NCBI GenBank assembly: GCA_000002445.1
Contig: CM000208.1
Coordinates: 3,008,001-3,072,000, forward strand
Reading direction: 5' to 3'
Length of the DNA: 64,000 nucleotides
Source: Trypanosoma brucei
Taxonomy: Eukaryota
Under the pieces are notes generated by a model. The model was given only the letters and a program-made list of their open reading frames with translations, was not told the DNA's origin and did no database searches. This document shows, piece by piece, positions 41,665 to 52,800 of this stretch (positions are counted from its first letter, which is position 1; the number at the start of each line of letters is the position of its first letter). The translations under genes were made by a program, and so were the position numbers.

Positions 41665-42293
41665 TTCTTTTTTTTTCTTCCTGTCGTTCGATCCTCGAGT
41701 AGATGTATTAAAATGTATTGTTACTTTCTTGCTGTTTTTTTTTTTTTTAGGGGGTCCCTTTTGTTTTGTTTTGTTTTGCAGGCGAAGAAAAAGTCGGAAA
41801 TTACACGGATCTCATCACACCAGAGGCGTCAACAAAGGATACTTGACATATGTAAGATGGTACCACAGAAATACAAAAATAAGTGAATAAGAAAACGAAA
41901 GGCAAATCACTTGTACAATGCACGTCTACAGACGTTGAGTTGCACGCACAGCGTTAAATTGCTTGAAGGGAAGGGAAGGAAAAAAAAAAAAGAAGAAAAT
42001 TATCTAAAAAAAAGAAAAAGGGGGGAAAGAAAAAAAAAAAAAGAAACACTTTATATACTGTGTATTGTCTTCCGGTTGTCGTCTTGCTGCTGCCGACATT
42101 GCGCACAATTGAATACAATTTTTACCTCTTTTTGTTATTTTTTTTTTTTTGTAACGGCAGTTACTTCGGTCAAAGGTCGCGAATGGGTTGACTCCTTTGA
42201 TCCTATAGTGTCAAACAGACAACAGAGTACGACACGCTAGCACAGTGAAGACTCTACCTTTACCCAAGTTCCTCAATGTTTCAACAAACTCAT

Positions 42294-43442
42294 TCACTCG
42301 TTATTCTCCATATTGGAGGCTTTCTCGGGAGAGCGTGCGGCGACGCTGTTCTTTCCCCTGTATCCTTGTTGTTGTATAACCTTATAGCGCAGCGTCCCAC
42401 GCCAATGATCATACAGTTGACTGACAGTTCTTGCAGGGTGCCACACGGAGCGGTAGGCGTAGTAAATTTGTTGAAACCTCTGCTGTCCCTTCGTGAAGCG
42501 TGCCAAACCTTTTATGATAGCTTCATCTTCCGATGCGCTAAATTTATACCGTTTTTGCTTGCCGGATGATGTCCCAACGCCCACATTAGCAAAGTTGCTT
42601 ACCTCACTGCTAGAGTGTGTTTCGATAGTAGAGCCCCTTTCAGACCCCACACGAAACTCACTCGGATTAGTAGGGTGTAGTGACGGTCCTCCAGCTCCAC
42701 GGTTGACCATTTCACCAACAGCATCGAAAGATGACACTGTGCGGGTGGTGCCCGGCAGTGCGGGCAGTTGTTCCAAGACGTCCAAGGCATTATTTTGTTC
42801 AGCTTCGTCAACAGTGTCATCACCGGAATTGGCAGCGGGACTCAACGTCTCACTCGCTGGCACTGGACTTTCCGGTCGCACATAGGCCCACTCCGTTACT
42901 TCAGGAGAATCACGCCGCCTTTTCGTACCAGCGGCACCGTTTGAACAAGTTTTCCATTTCCCTGGTGTTTGACCACAATCATACTCTCCCATGCAAGGGG
43001 AAGAGCGTCCAGTCAACGCGTCGTAGCCTTCACTAATAAGTGAGCGAAGGCGCTCCGTAGACGAGGTGATTCCTCCACTACCGTCATCGGGGTCACACTC
43101 ACCAGATTCAAGTCGCGCAATGATCTGTCGAAGATGAGCGTTTTCGTCAACAACGTGCCTTAACATCGCATACACATCAGCCACAGTCATCGGTTCAAGG
43201 TGTGACAACTGGTCCGTCTCCCTCTGGACACCCAAAGAAGAGGCTAATAATGCGGAGACGATTCCACTTCGGTATCCGCACGTACGCCAAAACTCCGAAC
43301 TGCCGTGGAGAGGTTCAAGCGCGACGGCGGCCGCAACTGAGAAGTTGTTGCCCTGCTTTATGTGCCCACAGAGAATCTTGTGGACCTCCGAGAAATCTGT
43401 TGGTGAAGGGGATGTGGATGGAACGCCAGCGTGACAGTACAT
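42294..43442 (-). CDS. TRF: TTAGGG-repeat-binding-factor-like telomeric protein with a C-terminal Myb/telobox domain (382 aa)
   Basis: C-terminal KQKRYKFSASEDEAIIKGLARFTKGQQRFQQIYYAYRSVWHPARTVSQLYDHWRGTLR follows the Myb/SANT/telobox spacing (acidic-hydrophobic helix 1, G..RF/W helix 2, W/R recognition helix). Length and architecture match what I recall of TbTRF; this is not database-verified. Confidence 0.78.
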   Translation of the reverse strand: MYCHAGVPSTSPSPTDFSEVHKILCGHIKQGNNFSVAAAVALEPLHGSSEFWRTCGYRSGIVSALLASSLGVQRETDQLSHLEPMTVADVYAMLRHVVDENAHLRQIIARLESGECDPDDGSGGITSSTERLRSLISEGYDALTGRSSPCMGEYDCGQTPGKWKTCSNGAAGTKRRRDSPEVTEWAYVRPESPVPASETLSPAANSGDDTVDEAEQNNALDVLEQLPALPGTTRTVSSFDAVGEMVNRGAGGPSLHPTNPSEFRVGSERGSTIETHSSSEVSNFANVGVGTSSGKQKRYKFSASEDEAIIKGLARFTKGQQRFQQIYYAYRSVWHPARTVSQLYDHWRGTLRYKVIQQQGYRGKNSVAARSPEKASNMENNE

Positions 43443-43812
43443 TGCCCCCCTGGAATTACGTCAACAAAGTATATGAGAAAAATATAAAAGAACAACCAAA
43501 TTTTGATGTTGTATACTGAAGTCTTGTGTATTAACAGCGCGCAGTAGTCACGTATAAGCGGAATGATAAATACCCTTTTATGAATCCCTGTTTTCCTTAT
43601 ATATCTCCCTGGCAATACGCGAACTTGTGTGGTTGTATGAATGCTTGTATTTCTCTCAACAATTTATGAATGAAATTCGGTTGTAGCTAGTTATCACTAT
43701 GTTCCTTCACTTACAGAAAACCTTTTGGGAGGCGCCCTTGGAGAGAGACAAAAAAGGAAGAAAAAAGCAAGTTCGATGCCACACGGAAACATGAGCGACT
43801 GGGAGAGGGGGT

Positions 43813-43814
<2 letters not shown>

Positions 43815-43846
<32 letters not shown>

Positions 43847-43854
43847 AAATGTTC
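43815..43854. repeat. (AT)20 microsatellite in the TRF / PIH1 intergenic spacer
   Basis: Read directly from the sequence. Confidence 0.95.
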
Positions 43855-43881
43855 GCGGCCACAGCACCTTGTGTAATAATT

Positions 43882-45966
43882 CTAATCTATGGTAAAAATA
43901 TGTTTGTTGCTCAAAGGAACCTCATTCATGCACTCACGAAGTTTCGCTTCAGCCGCTTCCTGCAGTTTCGCTGCGTTAGCACGCCGCTTCAGCCGCTCGG
44001 CTTCTCGCTGTGCTTCACGCTCAACGCGCTGTGCCTCTTGACGCTCCTCCTCCTCCGTCATATCCAAGCGCTGCTGTACGCCCTGACGCCATGCGTCCTG
44101 TCTTCGCCGCAAAGTTTCCAGCTCCTCTTCCTTCCTCCGCTCATCCGAAGGACCGTCTGAAGGAGGAACCGCGGCGGTAGCAGCTGGCATTACCGTTGCC
44201 GCTTCAACCGGGGTGTGGTTGTGATCAATACTGCTATCGACTACCGCACCGTTACCCAATGCACAACCTTCTGTGACAGTGGTATCGGTGTTTGTATCCT
44301 TTCTGTTCTCACCACTTTTCTTCTCTATCTCTTCTCTCTCTACCCGCTCCCGCTCTCGTCGTGCGGCCTGAACCTTCTCCATCACCTGCCGCACGCGCTC
44401 CTGATCAGACATTGTGGAAAACTGTGGTGTAGAGACGTCTTCCTCCCTCCTTTCCACATTCTTCTCCATTGAATTTGGAACCGCCGTGCCGGTGTGAACG
44501 TCTTCACTTTCTGTAGTAGGATTTGCATCATCATCGACGGTTGCGGTGTCTGCCTTCTTCCCGTCGGTATGATGATCATTGAGCACCTGCTCTCCTCCGG
44601 CGTCGGCGTCCATGGGGGCATCAGCAGTACAACTCCCCATCAATTGCTGCCGCATATCCGCTGCGCTCACTCCCGTAGGAGCTGGTGGCACAACCCGTAA
44701 CACCAACGTCAGCGTGCTGCGCTTCCGTTCAAATTTCGCCTCGAGTGGTGTCGGTTCAACCGTGAAGGGTAGTAGCAGGGAACCGTGGTAATTGTGCAGG
44801 TTACTACGAGCAATTTTCACGTACATGCCCTCCACCTCCACATCGAGTGCAGAGGAGGACTGCAAACCCACAAATTCCATTTTCACAACGAGAGCCTCGG
44901 GAACGCCGATGCGGCGGTCCACAATCTTCCATCCCCACGTATCAGAGAGGTCAATGTGACCACGATGGGCAATGGTGTACTGCGGCATGTTCTCCTCTTC
45001 AGGTGTTCCTCTCCTGGTGGAACTTCCTTTGGCTTCTTCACTAATTACTTTTTTATCCTTTCCCTTATTCCCATCGCTTCGACATCCGACGCTACCGGCG
45101 ATCCCCTTCTCCGATGAGGAACCTCTGCCCGACTTTTCCTCCGCGACCTCCAGTGGTTGGGGGAGCTTTTGCGTTGGCCGTTTCAACACTGGTTCATTTG
45201 CCGCTAGTTCAAAAGGTGATTTGCCCTTCTCCCGCCTGACCGTTTGGTTTTGCAGGCTCCCCACTGACGCGACGTCACTGGACAACCGACGAAATTGAAA
45301 ACCGTGGTTATCTCCGTAACCTGTGTTGATATGCTCAACGGCAATGTTCACCAGAAAGCAACAAAAACGGTCGCTTCGATCTGCCAACTGCAACGTGTGT
45401 GGGTGAAACACCGCATCATAGACAACCACAGCATCCGGGCCACAACTCTCGACCTCTTGCCCTTCCTCACCCGCATTCCGATTTGGTTCCTCACTGAACA
45501 ACTCTGTTCGTGGTTTCGAGATAGAAACCGGGACGAACCAATTACTACTATTGCGATCACCTGTAGTTTCCTCACGGAAGGGGTCAATCTTCTCACTGCT
45601 ACACATATTAATGTATACGGGCGTGTTCGCATGCTTTTTTGCCTGCGCTGCCACTGACGAAGTGGCTTTCACACGATAGGATGTTTTTGCTTCCAAAAGC
45701 TCCACAACGAAACCCGGACGCGGAAAGACAAAGTCAAAGCTATAATCCCCTCCTTCCCTTGCCTCCCGCTCAACTTGTTCAAGATAGGCCTCTTCTTCGC
45801 GGCGGGTTTCGGGGTCTTCCATGGACTTCATGTATTCTTGAAACAGCTTCAAGAACTTCGGGTCATCCATTTTTTTTCTGATTGTTTGAATCTCCTCAGG
45901 TGTGGGGGTAAATGTTTCCCCATCCTTCGTGTTCTTATTCATAAAATTAACTGTTTCTAGTGGCAT
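43882..45966 (-). CDS. PIH1/Kintoun-like protein (putative axonemal dynein pre-assembly / R2TP-type co-chaperone adaptor), 694 aa from MPLETVNF
   Basis: N-terminal PIH1-type region (FTPTPEEIQTIRKKMDDPKFLKLFQEYMKSMEDP...GFVVELL...KATSS...PVYINMCSSEKI) and a CS-like beta-sandwich segment (HIDLSDTWGWKIVDRRIGVPEALVVKMEFVGL...VEVEGMYVKIARSNL). The C-terminal half is acidic and Arg/Glu-rich. Start chosen at cat 45964-45966; the track ORF extends to 46038. Confidence 0.68.
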   Translation of the reverse strand: MPLETVNFMNKNTKDGETFTPTPEEIQTIRKKMDDPKFLKLFQEYMKSMEDPETRREEEAYLEQVEREAREGGDYSFDFVFPRPGFVVELLEAKTSYRVKATSSVAAQAKKHANTPVYINMCSSEKIDPFREETTGDRNSSNWFVPVSISKPRTELFSEEPNRNAGEEGQEVESCGPDAVVVYDAVFHPHTLQLADRSDRFCCFLVNIAVEHINTGYGDNHGFQFRRLSSDVASVGSLQNQTVRREKGKSPFELAANEPVLKRPTQKLPQPLEVAEEKSGRGSSSEKGIAGSVGCRSDGNKGKDKKVISEEAKGSSTRRGTPEEENMPQYTIAHRGHIDLSDTWGWKIVDRRIGVPEALVVKMEFVGLQSSSALDVEVEGMYVKIARSNLHNYHGSLLLPFTVEPTPLEAKFERKRSTLTLVLRVVPPAPTGVSAADMRQQLMGSCTADAPMDADAGGEQVLNDHHTDGKKADTATVDDDANPTTESEDVHTGTAVPNSMEKNVERREEDVSTPQFSTMSDQERVRQVMEKVQAARRERERVEREEIEKKSGENRKDTNTDTTVTEGCALGNGAVVDSSIDHNHTPVEAATVMPAATAAVPPSDGPSDERRKEEELETLRRRQDAWRQGVQQRLDMTEEEERQEAQRVEREAQREAERLKRRANAAKLQEAAEAKLRECMNEVPLSNKHIFTID

Positions 45967-46966
45967 GGTTCGTGTTCTTTGCACTTCGTCACCTATCCCA
46001 GTCACGTAAAGAGAGAGGATGAGAGGAGAGATACACAAAAGGAACAGTTTCTACAGCACCAGGGGAAATGTGATAGCATCGTGCGTACAACGGCACAGGA
46101 AAGAGAATATTTTCGTAGTGATGACCAACGAACGGACCATAGCACAAGACCGTCTCCCTTTGAAGGCAAAATGCAACCCAGACGCAGCGGGGGCTACACA
46201 CCAGTCTCTTGATGAATGAAGGAGAGGGCGGTGGAAATAAAGAGCAAAACAAAGCAGTAAGAAAAGATAATTACACATACACGAATATATCTCTGGGGTT
46301 GAAAGAATCCCCTTCAACCCCCACAACCGTGCCGCCAAAACTCACATCGCACTAGCACAAACATCATTGGCGCCCGCCATATCAGCGTCAACTACTGTAC
46401 CATTGAAAAGACGAAGGTGGGGAAAAGAGGGGAGAAACAAACCAAACCCAAGACAGGATCTGCAAAATGGGTGGGGCTGAGAGTGGCAGCCCTACTTGCG
46501 TACACCCTAAATTTTATTCCTCCCAGTTGAACATCAAAACGCCAACCCTCAAAGGCTGTCACCGCACCCGATGGATGTTGAAGGGCATGGCAGCAGGAAC
46601 TCGAGCACAACTTCACTTGGGCCGCAATGCACCATAGGACAGCATGTACTCATGACACAACCACCCTGCCCAACCAACATACAGAAAGGTAAAGCAAGAA
46701 GGGAATAAGTAAAAATTAAAAAAAAAGGAGGAGGACAACACGACAGTGTACAGTTGCACCCACTCCAATATGTACTCAGCCGTACCGCTCACACTGTAGA
46801 GTCTTCAACAACCTTTTATCATATCACGTCCCTTAAACACATCCTTGTTATACACATAGTCAGGTGTGAGCACGCAGTTACACATGCCCTTCCCTCCTCT
46901 CCATTAGCATTGTACCCTTAACCATCCCCTATATGCGTGCAATAACGAAAGGGGAAAAATTAAAAA

Positions 46967-49900
46967 TTAGTGTTTTTGTTTTCTACGCTTCCGCTTCGTA
47001 TGCCCTCGCTTCTTCCCCTTGCGAGCCTGTTTTGTCTCAGGTGTTTTGTCGGATGCTGTGACTGTTTCAGAAGGACTTTTGCCTCCACAGCTACTTTCAC
47101 CGCCGTTCTCGGCTCTTCTCTTCACTACTTCACTGTTAACAGTTGTATTGGCGTGTGCTGGACGCCTGACGCTCTCTGGTGTGCACAGTCCCGCCGTGCT
47201 GTCGTTCGTGGTGTCGTCGTTCGTACGCAACCTCTGTTCATTTCTTCTCTGCAAGGCATAATTGCGGCCAGATCCGGCCACCTGTGGGGAATGACGCTCG
47301 CACCGCGTTTGCAAACCCATTGAATGGAGTCGTTCCGCCTGTCTCTCCATCGCCTCCCGTGAAAGCCGCTCACGCCTTCGTTGATCATTCCGCAACTCAT
47401 CTAATAACTCACTAAAGTGTTGCGTCGTTTTCCACTTGCGTAAGAACTCATCATACAACCTAGCGGTTGCATCATCAGCATGACCACTTTGGACACGTCG
47501 CACATGAAAACCAAGGCCCCCACGGGCACTCGTGAAACTCTTGTATGTCTTTCCGTTGTAAGATCCTGTTGCATTATATCGCCTACTTCTAGACACTGAC
47601 GAGGAATCTTTGTCAGTGGACGCATACGACAATCCGTTGGCATAGTTGAAGTTTTCCTCTTCGTCCCAAACACTTTCAGCCTGCCCCTTCGACACTTTGC
47701 TATAAGTTCCATTCTTCCCCAACTCAAAACCTCTACCCGCCATCTCTCGGGCCGTCCTCACATCCCATGGCTTCATGTCTGACGCACTGCTGACATTGTT
47801 GTAGTACTTATGAGTGCATAGTTCGCCTATGCCTACTGAAGATGATGCTCGGCGCGGTGGCGATGCCGAACACGGGGTGAAGCAAGTCAGCAGAAGGCCA
47901 TCCGAATGCATGGAAATATCCTTCTCGCCGTTGAATTGCTTATACCTTTTCTTACTTACAGGGTTGTTGCGCGTCCGTGGAACAGAAGGGGCTGATCCTC
48001 CGTCAAGAAAGTTCGGACTTCTCTCACCTTTTCGGCCGCTTTCCCGCTTCTCTAAGCTGCGAAGATTGGTTATTTGCAAACTGCCCCGCGTACCACTCTG
48101 GCGATCGCTATTCTGTTGACCATTTGCCACGGACACGCTGTGACCTTTTGCGGCCGGCTCTTCCGGTGCACGGACAAAGATGGGAGGCATGCTGACCAAA
48201 CCATTCGCGGTGGGGGACATTTCGTTTCCTTGTCGGTGTTTTTCCTTCAAAACGGTATCCTGCCGCACATCTGCATCATCTACAATATTACTGTGTTTCT
48301 TTCCTTCGGTCTGAAGAGAAGCTGCTCCGTTGGAAGGGTTCTTAGGTTTAGCCCTCACCGACACGGGGCTTCCACGTCTCGTCGGCGGGTTACTTGGGTC
48401 ATTATTTTCCTCTTCATCATCACCGTAGGAGGTCAGACTTGTGCTGCTGCTATTGATGCCATCCTCGTTAGTGCGACGTACGCTACTTCTCAGGTGGTCT
48501 TCCGATTGCGCTTGCTTGTTTCCTGTACCTTCTTCTTGATCTGGCTTCTTTTCCGCCATCGAAGCAGGAGGCGGAGAAGTATTTTCAAGAGACGGGTGAT
48601 TCACAATCGAGAAATCACCTTCCTTTGTGTACGAGTTAGTTGAAAACGAGGGAAGATTCTCGTGATTATCCGCATGGAACATCGACGGTGATCTTCCGGT
48701 GGCCCTGCAATAAACTTCGTAGGTTGTGACCGCCTGCGCAATATCTTTAAGTCGCTCACCAGTTCCTTCAAAAAAATGGTTGGTTTCAGTCCACATTGAC
48801 TTCAGTTGCTGAAGGTCCGGTGCATGTCGGTAGTCGGACGTATAAGGCAGTACAAGTCCCCACATACACTGCGAGTCAGCTGTGGCGGAACTCTTGCCTT
48901 TAGTCGGTGTGCGTTTCCCCCACTCGCGATCATAAACAACGGAATTTTGCACAGCATATAACGGAAACGTGTTAACACGAGGGACGCTCCGCAACAAAAC
49001 ACCAACTGCTGCGCACCATCCTCCCTCTTCTTCCACTAGTGGCAGCCGGAGCAAACACCGCGTGAATGTTCCCTCGCTGCATTCCATGAGCATTACCAGG
49101 AATAAGCCAAGCTCGTCTAGTTGATCACGATCGTGGCCGGAAATGGGCACCTTGAGTGGCAGCTTGCATCGGCCCTCCGGAAGACCCTTCTCGTTTACCC
49201 AAAACAATTCACACGTGTCGAGTGAAAGGTGCGCCTTATCACGAGCCACGACGAGGGATCGTCCAGAAGAAAACCCGCTTGTTGCCGTAGCAGATATGGT
49301 ACAACCATGGGAGGTGCAGCGCCCCTTTTCTGTGAGGACGAGGTTACTCCTGCCTCCATAAACCGCCTCGAGACTGCTGTCTCGAATCTCCAGACTACCC
49401 TGGTTTCTAACCCAAATACTGCCGCTGTTCTGTGAGAAGACACTGCGGAATACCACAGCACTACTTGTGTCGCTTACGATGAGGCTGTGGCCACTGCAGC
49501 GGCTGACACTCACATTTTCGACCTCAAGCGAAGCATTATCAGTAAGCATCATTGCTGTGGATGCCACTCCAGACCCCAAGAAGCTGCTGTTGTGTACATT
49601 CAGTGTTGCGCGCCCTGAACCCAAAAGGACTGGAATTTCGGAACCCCCAACGTCAGCTGCCGATCCACAATTGTGTACAAATTCGCATTCAGAGAAGGCG
49701 CACAGATTTGTTGCAGAAACATGCACACTCGCAAACGATTCTGTTGACGAAATACCTCTGTGAACGCGCTGTGCAGCAGCTCCAAACATACACTCGTTGA
49801 AAAACACCGGACCATCACCCGTCACCTCCACGCGATTTGCAAACCACACACACTTGAAAACAATCAACGAATGGGCATCGATCTTCACCGGTTGCTTAAA

Positions 49901-50230
49901 AACACTCCACAGAGACCTACCGCTGTCGCCACGTGACTCCTTCCTCGAATCCGCTGACTCGCCGTCAGTAGAAGCCGCAGGCGGTGCTGCACCCATAATA
50001 AGACAAGGGGCGCCATTTTTTATGTAAGACTGCCCATAATCACCATTCTGAAGACAAACACGAAAGGACTGACTCCCAGCTATTTTTTTCAGCTCGGCAG
50101 GCAACGTCGCCGGTGAAGCGTGTGTGGTTAAGAGCGAAGGGGCGCTTTCCATAAAGTTGGCGAACGCGATTCTCACACTGGACACATTCCATGAGGGGGT
50201 CAAACAACCCTCATTGGTTGCTTCGGTCAT
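46967..50230 (-). CDS. Large hypothetical protein (1087 aa) with right-handed parallel beta-helix (PbH1/CASH-like) repeats, a Ser-rich disordered middle and a highly basic C-terminal tail
   Basis: Periodic segments of about 22-25 aa: VHNCGSAADVGGSEI.., ATLNVHNSSFLGSGVAS.., ASLEVENVSVSRCSGHSLIVSD.., SAVVFRSVFSQNSGSIWVRNQ.., SLEIRDSSLEAVYGG.., GCTISATATSGFSS... The C-terminus ...KQARKGKKRGHTKRKRRKQKH is NLS-like. Confidence 0.62.
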   Translation of the reverse strand: MTEATNEGCLTPSWNVSSVRIAFANFMESAPSLLTTHASPATLPAELKKIAGSQSFRVCLQNGDYGQSYIKNGAPCLIMGAAPPAASTDGESADSRKESRGDSGRSLWSVFKQPVKIDAHSLIVFKCVWFANRVEVTGDGPVFFNECMFGAAAQRVHRGISSTESFASVHVSATNLCAFSECEFVHNCGSAADVGGSEIPVLLGSGRATLNVHNSSFLGSGVASTAMMLTDNASLEVENVSVSRCSGHSLIVSDTSSAVVFRSVFSQNSGSIWVRNQGSLEIRDSSLEAVYGGRSNLVLTEKGRCTSHGCTISATATSGFSSGRSLVVARDKAHLSLDTCELFWVNEKGLPEGRCKLPLKVPISGHDRDQLDELGLFLVMLMECSEGTFTRCLLRLPLVEEEGGWCAAVGVLLRSVPRVNTFPLYAVQNSVVYDREWGKRTPTKGKSSATADSQCMWGLVLPYTSDYRHAPDLQQLKSMWTETNHFFEGTGERLKDIAQAVTTYEVYCRATGRSPSMFHADNHENLPSFSTNSYTKEGDFSIVNHPSLENTSPPPASMAEKKPDQEEGTGNKQAQSEDHLRSSVRRTNEDGINSSSTSLTSYGDDEEENNDPSNPPTRRGSPVSVRAKPKNPSNGAASLQTEGKKHSNIVDDADVRQDTVLKEKHRQGNEMSPTANGLVSMPPIFVRAPEEPAAKGHSVSVANGQQNSDRQSGTRGSLQITNLRSLEKRESGRKGERSPNFLDGGSAPSVPRTRNNPVSKKRYKQFNGEKDISMHSDGLLLTCFTPCSASPPRRASSSVGIGELCTHKYYNNVSSASDMKPWDVRTAREMAGRGFELGKNGTYSKVSKGQAESVWDEEENFNYANGLSYASTDKDSSSVSRSRRYNATGSYNGKTYKSFTSARGGLGFHVRRVQSGHADDATARLYDEFLRKWKTTQHFSELLDELRNDQRRRERLSREAMERQAERLHSMGLQTRCERHSPQVAGSGRNYALQRRNEQRLRTNDDTTNDSTAGLCTPESVRRPAHANTTVNSEVVKRRAENGGESSCGGKSPSETVTASDKTPETKQARKGKKRGHTKRKRRKQKH

Positions 50231-50600
50231 ATCTCCCGGGGAGGGGGAGTGAGAAGCGAATAGTGGGTCAACTTTGCACTCTTGAGGGAGGGGAGGGTGG
50301 GAAAGGTGCGGGGGTCAAAGAAAAAAAAGTAAAACATTTACATGACGACAATTCCGAAAAGGGCAAACAGGTACACCAACAAAGGCAAATTCATGAGACG
50401 CAAGCAAGAAGGTAAACGGCGAAACAATGTTAGACGACTCCTTTCAAAGTAAGTAAACTGTTCGTTTCTTGAAAGCTACTTGCACACATGCGAGTATGTC
50501 TGAGGCGATAACGAGTATAACGCACGCGCCTTCCTCGGTACGAAAAGTGCAACGAAAGAGGGGTAGCTGTGTTCCAAACAACTGTACCATCCCCTCGTAC

Positions 50601-51923
50601 CTAGGGCGGAAAAAGTTTCTGGCGAATATCAACCCGCCGCTCCGCAACAATCGTTGCCACTTCCAAAAGGTCCGCCGATGTATACGGAGAATCGATAGAT
50701 GGGATGAAGCCCCACTGCAACTGCCAGGCGGCCCGACCTTCGCCAGTGGCCACAGATATGCCATCACCGCCGCCGCTAACTGGAGCACCCACCACACCGC
50801 GTTGTTTTGGATTTGTAGCCGGAGACGCGTAGCAAAGAGAAAGTTCCTCACCCTCCTTGATCTCACGAATGCTGAACGTGTGCAAGTAAGGCTCGTACAA
50901 CAACTCAGAATCAACCCCAGCCAGCATATTGTCGAACACGTCGATTCCGCAGAAGCTCTCTTCAGTAGCCATTGTGTAATAGCAGTTAGGTTCCGGGCTA
51001 TGGTTAAGCTTGTCCACAACAGGGATAAGAGTAGCCGCCCCGGTGCGACGTGAAAGCACCAAACTCACCCACCATGCATACTCTTCCTTTGTCAGCCTTT
51101 CGCGCAGAAACACACTAAGCGGCAGGCCTTCCATATCGCGATGGAAGTACTCCCACAACTGAAGTGCCGGGCTGCTGGTATCCTCCAAACCAGTGGTGAC
51201 GCCGACAGACGACTTCGCCTTACCTAACAATTGTGTCACCTCCCCCATTTCTAAAAATGGAAGGTTGTTGCAGGGTGTGACCGATTTCTTTAGGTAGTCC
51301 ACATACCCAGCATGCGAAGGAGGAGGATCACCCGAACACTCCACGGCCACAAGTTGACCGACCAGGTCTTCTACGTGCATGAAAAAGGACGTTAACGGGT
51401 CGGTGGCTGGTGGTGGACTAGAGAAAAAAATTGCAGAGGTGGGAACACTCAACAGAAAAACACCGGGAAGGATATTTCGTGTGGCCACAAAAGAGCTTCC
51501 ACGAGGTGCATTTGCTGCTTCTGGTTGTGCTAGCGTCAGGAACGGTGATATTACGGCCTTCAAATCGGTAATGCAGCTCCGTGCAAAGAGAAAGTCATCC
51601 ATGTTGGGCGACAAGGTTCCAGTTGGAACCACAGCCAGTTTGTTCCGCATACAGTCCCGCCACCAGTTCCGCCGCATCCCACTCATCACAGCACATCGCC
51701 ACCGACGAAGCGATGTAACACTCATGCCAAGTTCGCGGCAGAAGAAGTTTATCACCTCTTCACCATCTGCTGCTGTCGATATCTCAAGAGGTAATAGCAT
51801 CTTAATTGAATCCTCACGAGAAGGACAGTTCAGCGATGAGGCTATATCCTTGTAGAGGCGGACAATGGTAGGCAACGAGCAGTGCAGGTTGCGCAGTAAA
51901 GCCGGGGGGCTCTGAGTCGGCAT
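50601..51923 (-). CDS. SET-domain protein (putative protein-lysine N-methyltransferase, SETD3/RuBisCO-LSMT-like), 440 aa
   Basis: SET core motifs IPVVDKLNHSPEPNCYY (NHS..PN pseudoknot motif) and GEELSLCY (E-E-L-x-x-x-Y C-terminal SET motif). Confidence 0.72.
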   Translation of the reverse strand: MPTQSPPALLRNLHCSLPTIVRLYKDIASSLNCPSREDSIKMLLPLEISTAADGEEVINFFCRELGMSVTSLRRWRCAVMSGMRRNWWRDCMRNKLAVVPTGTLSPNMDDFLFARSCITDLKAVISPFLTLAQPEAANAPRGSSFVATRNILPGVFLLSVPTSAIFFSSPPPATDPLTSFFMHVEDLVGQLVAVECSGDPPPSHAGYVDYLKKSVTPCNNLPFLEMGEVTQLLGKAKSSVGVTTGLEDTSSPALQLWEYFHRDMEGLPLSVFLRERLTKEEYAWWVSLVLSRRTGAATLIPVVDKLNHSPEPNCYYTMATEESFCGIDVFDNMLAGVDSELLYEPYLHTFSIREIKEGEELSLCYASPATNPKQRGVVGAPVSGGGDGISVATGEGRAAWQLQWGFIPSIDSPYTSADLLEVATIVAERRVDIRQKLFPP

Positions 51924-52800
51924 CCTTTTCCACTTTCTCCCCCACCCCCAGCTGCCCTATTGCCTATTTTCCAGTGGATGAACATCAGTTCACCAAGAAG
52001 CAAGAATAGCAATTCAGCAAAAGGGAAAGCTGTACTACAGCAGTTGGCATTATAAACAAACAAATAATCGAGGCTCTTCAGTGGTGAGTTGAGACTTGGG
52101 GGGGGGGGGCGAGGAATCTTCTTCCCTGAAATCCCCTTAAAATATCACCTCCTCCGTTTTCCACTGTCGGTGATGACGAAAAATGTTTAGCGTGGCATAA
52201 TTGAAACCATTTTCCCTATTGACCACCTCTTAGCTCTACCCGTTTTACGTTACAGCGGCGGTGAACGACAAGAGTTTTAGCACTGACTCCACGTAGCCTC
52301 TCTCGTCTTCACTACTGCACTCCGAAATTAACTCGCCTGAAAACATTCCTTTTTGCTTCCGTTCCTCACACTCCAGTGTACTCCTCTTTCCTTTACTTAT
52401 TTCTTCGCACACATTCTCTCCTCAACCACCTGTCTTCTCCCACCCCCATCAGTTTGTTGAAAAACGTTTTGACCGTTCCCGTAGCGAACGGCAGCGGTTA
52501 TTTCCTCTTCTCGCGCTCACAAGACGACACCAGCAGCCACTTCCCGTCGTGTGCTCATGAGATGAAATCGATAGTGAAACCACATTATAATAATTGGACA
52601 GCGAAAGAAAAAAAAACCAACCGGCAAAAACAAGGAGAGGGAATACAATAAAGAAGTAGGGATAGGGGAAGAAACAACTGCAAGGGGAAAGAGAAAGAAG
52701 ACAGCAGTACACAATGATGCAAATTATTGACCATTGCCAGGACATCATTTCAGAGGAATATGAAAGGAAAAAAACAGGTGACTTATGTGCTGGCTCTGTT

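Noticed and set aside
52098-52110. G11/C10 homopolymer runs (3041-3050, 14601-14613, 17017-17027, 27678-27690, 52098-52110, 63578-63588) as possible G-quadruplex or regulatory elements
   Set aside because: These are single runs without the four-tract spacing needed for canonical G4. They are more likely slippage-prone homopolymers in the spacers. Noted only as possible length-polymorphic sites.
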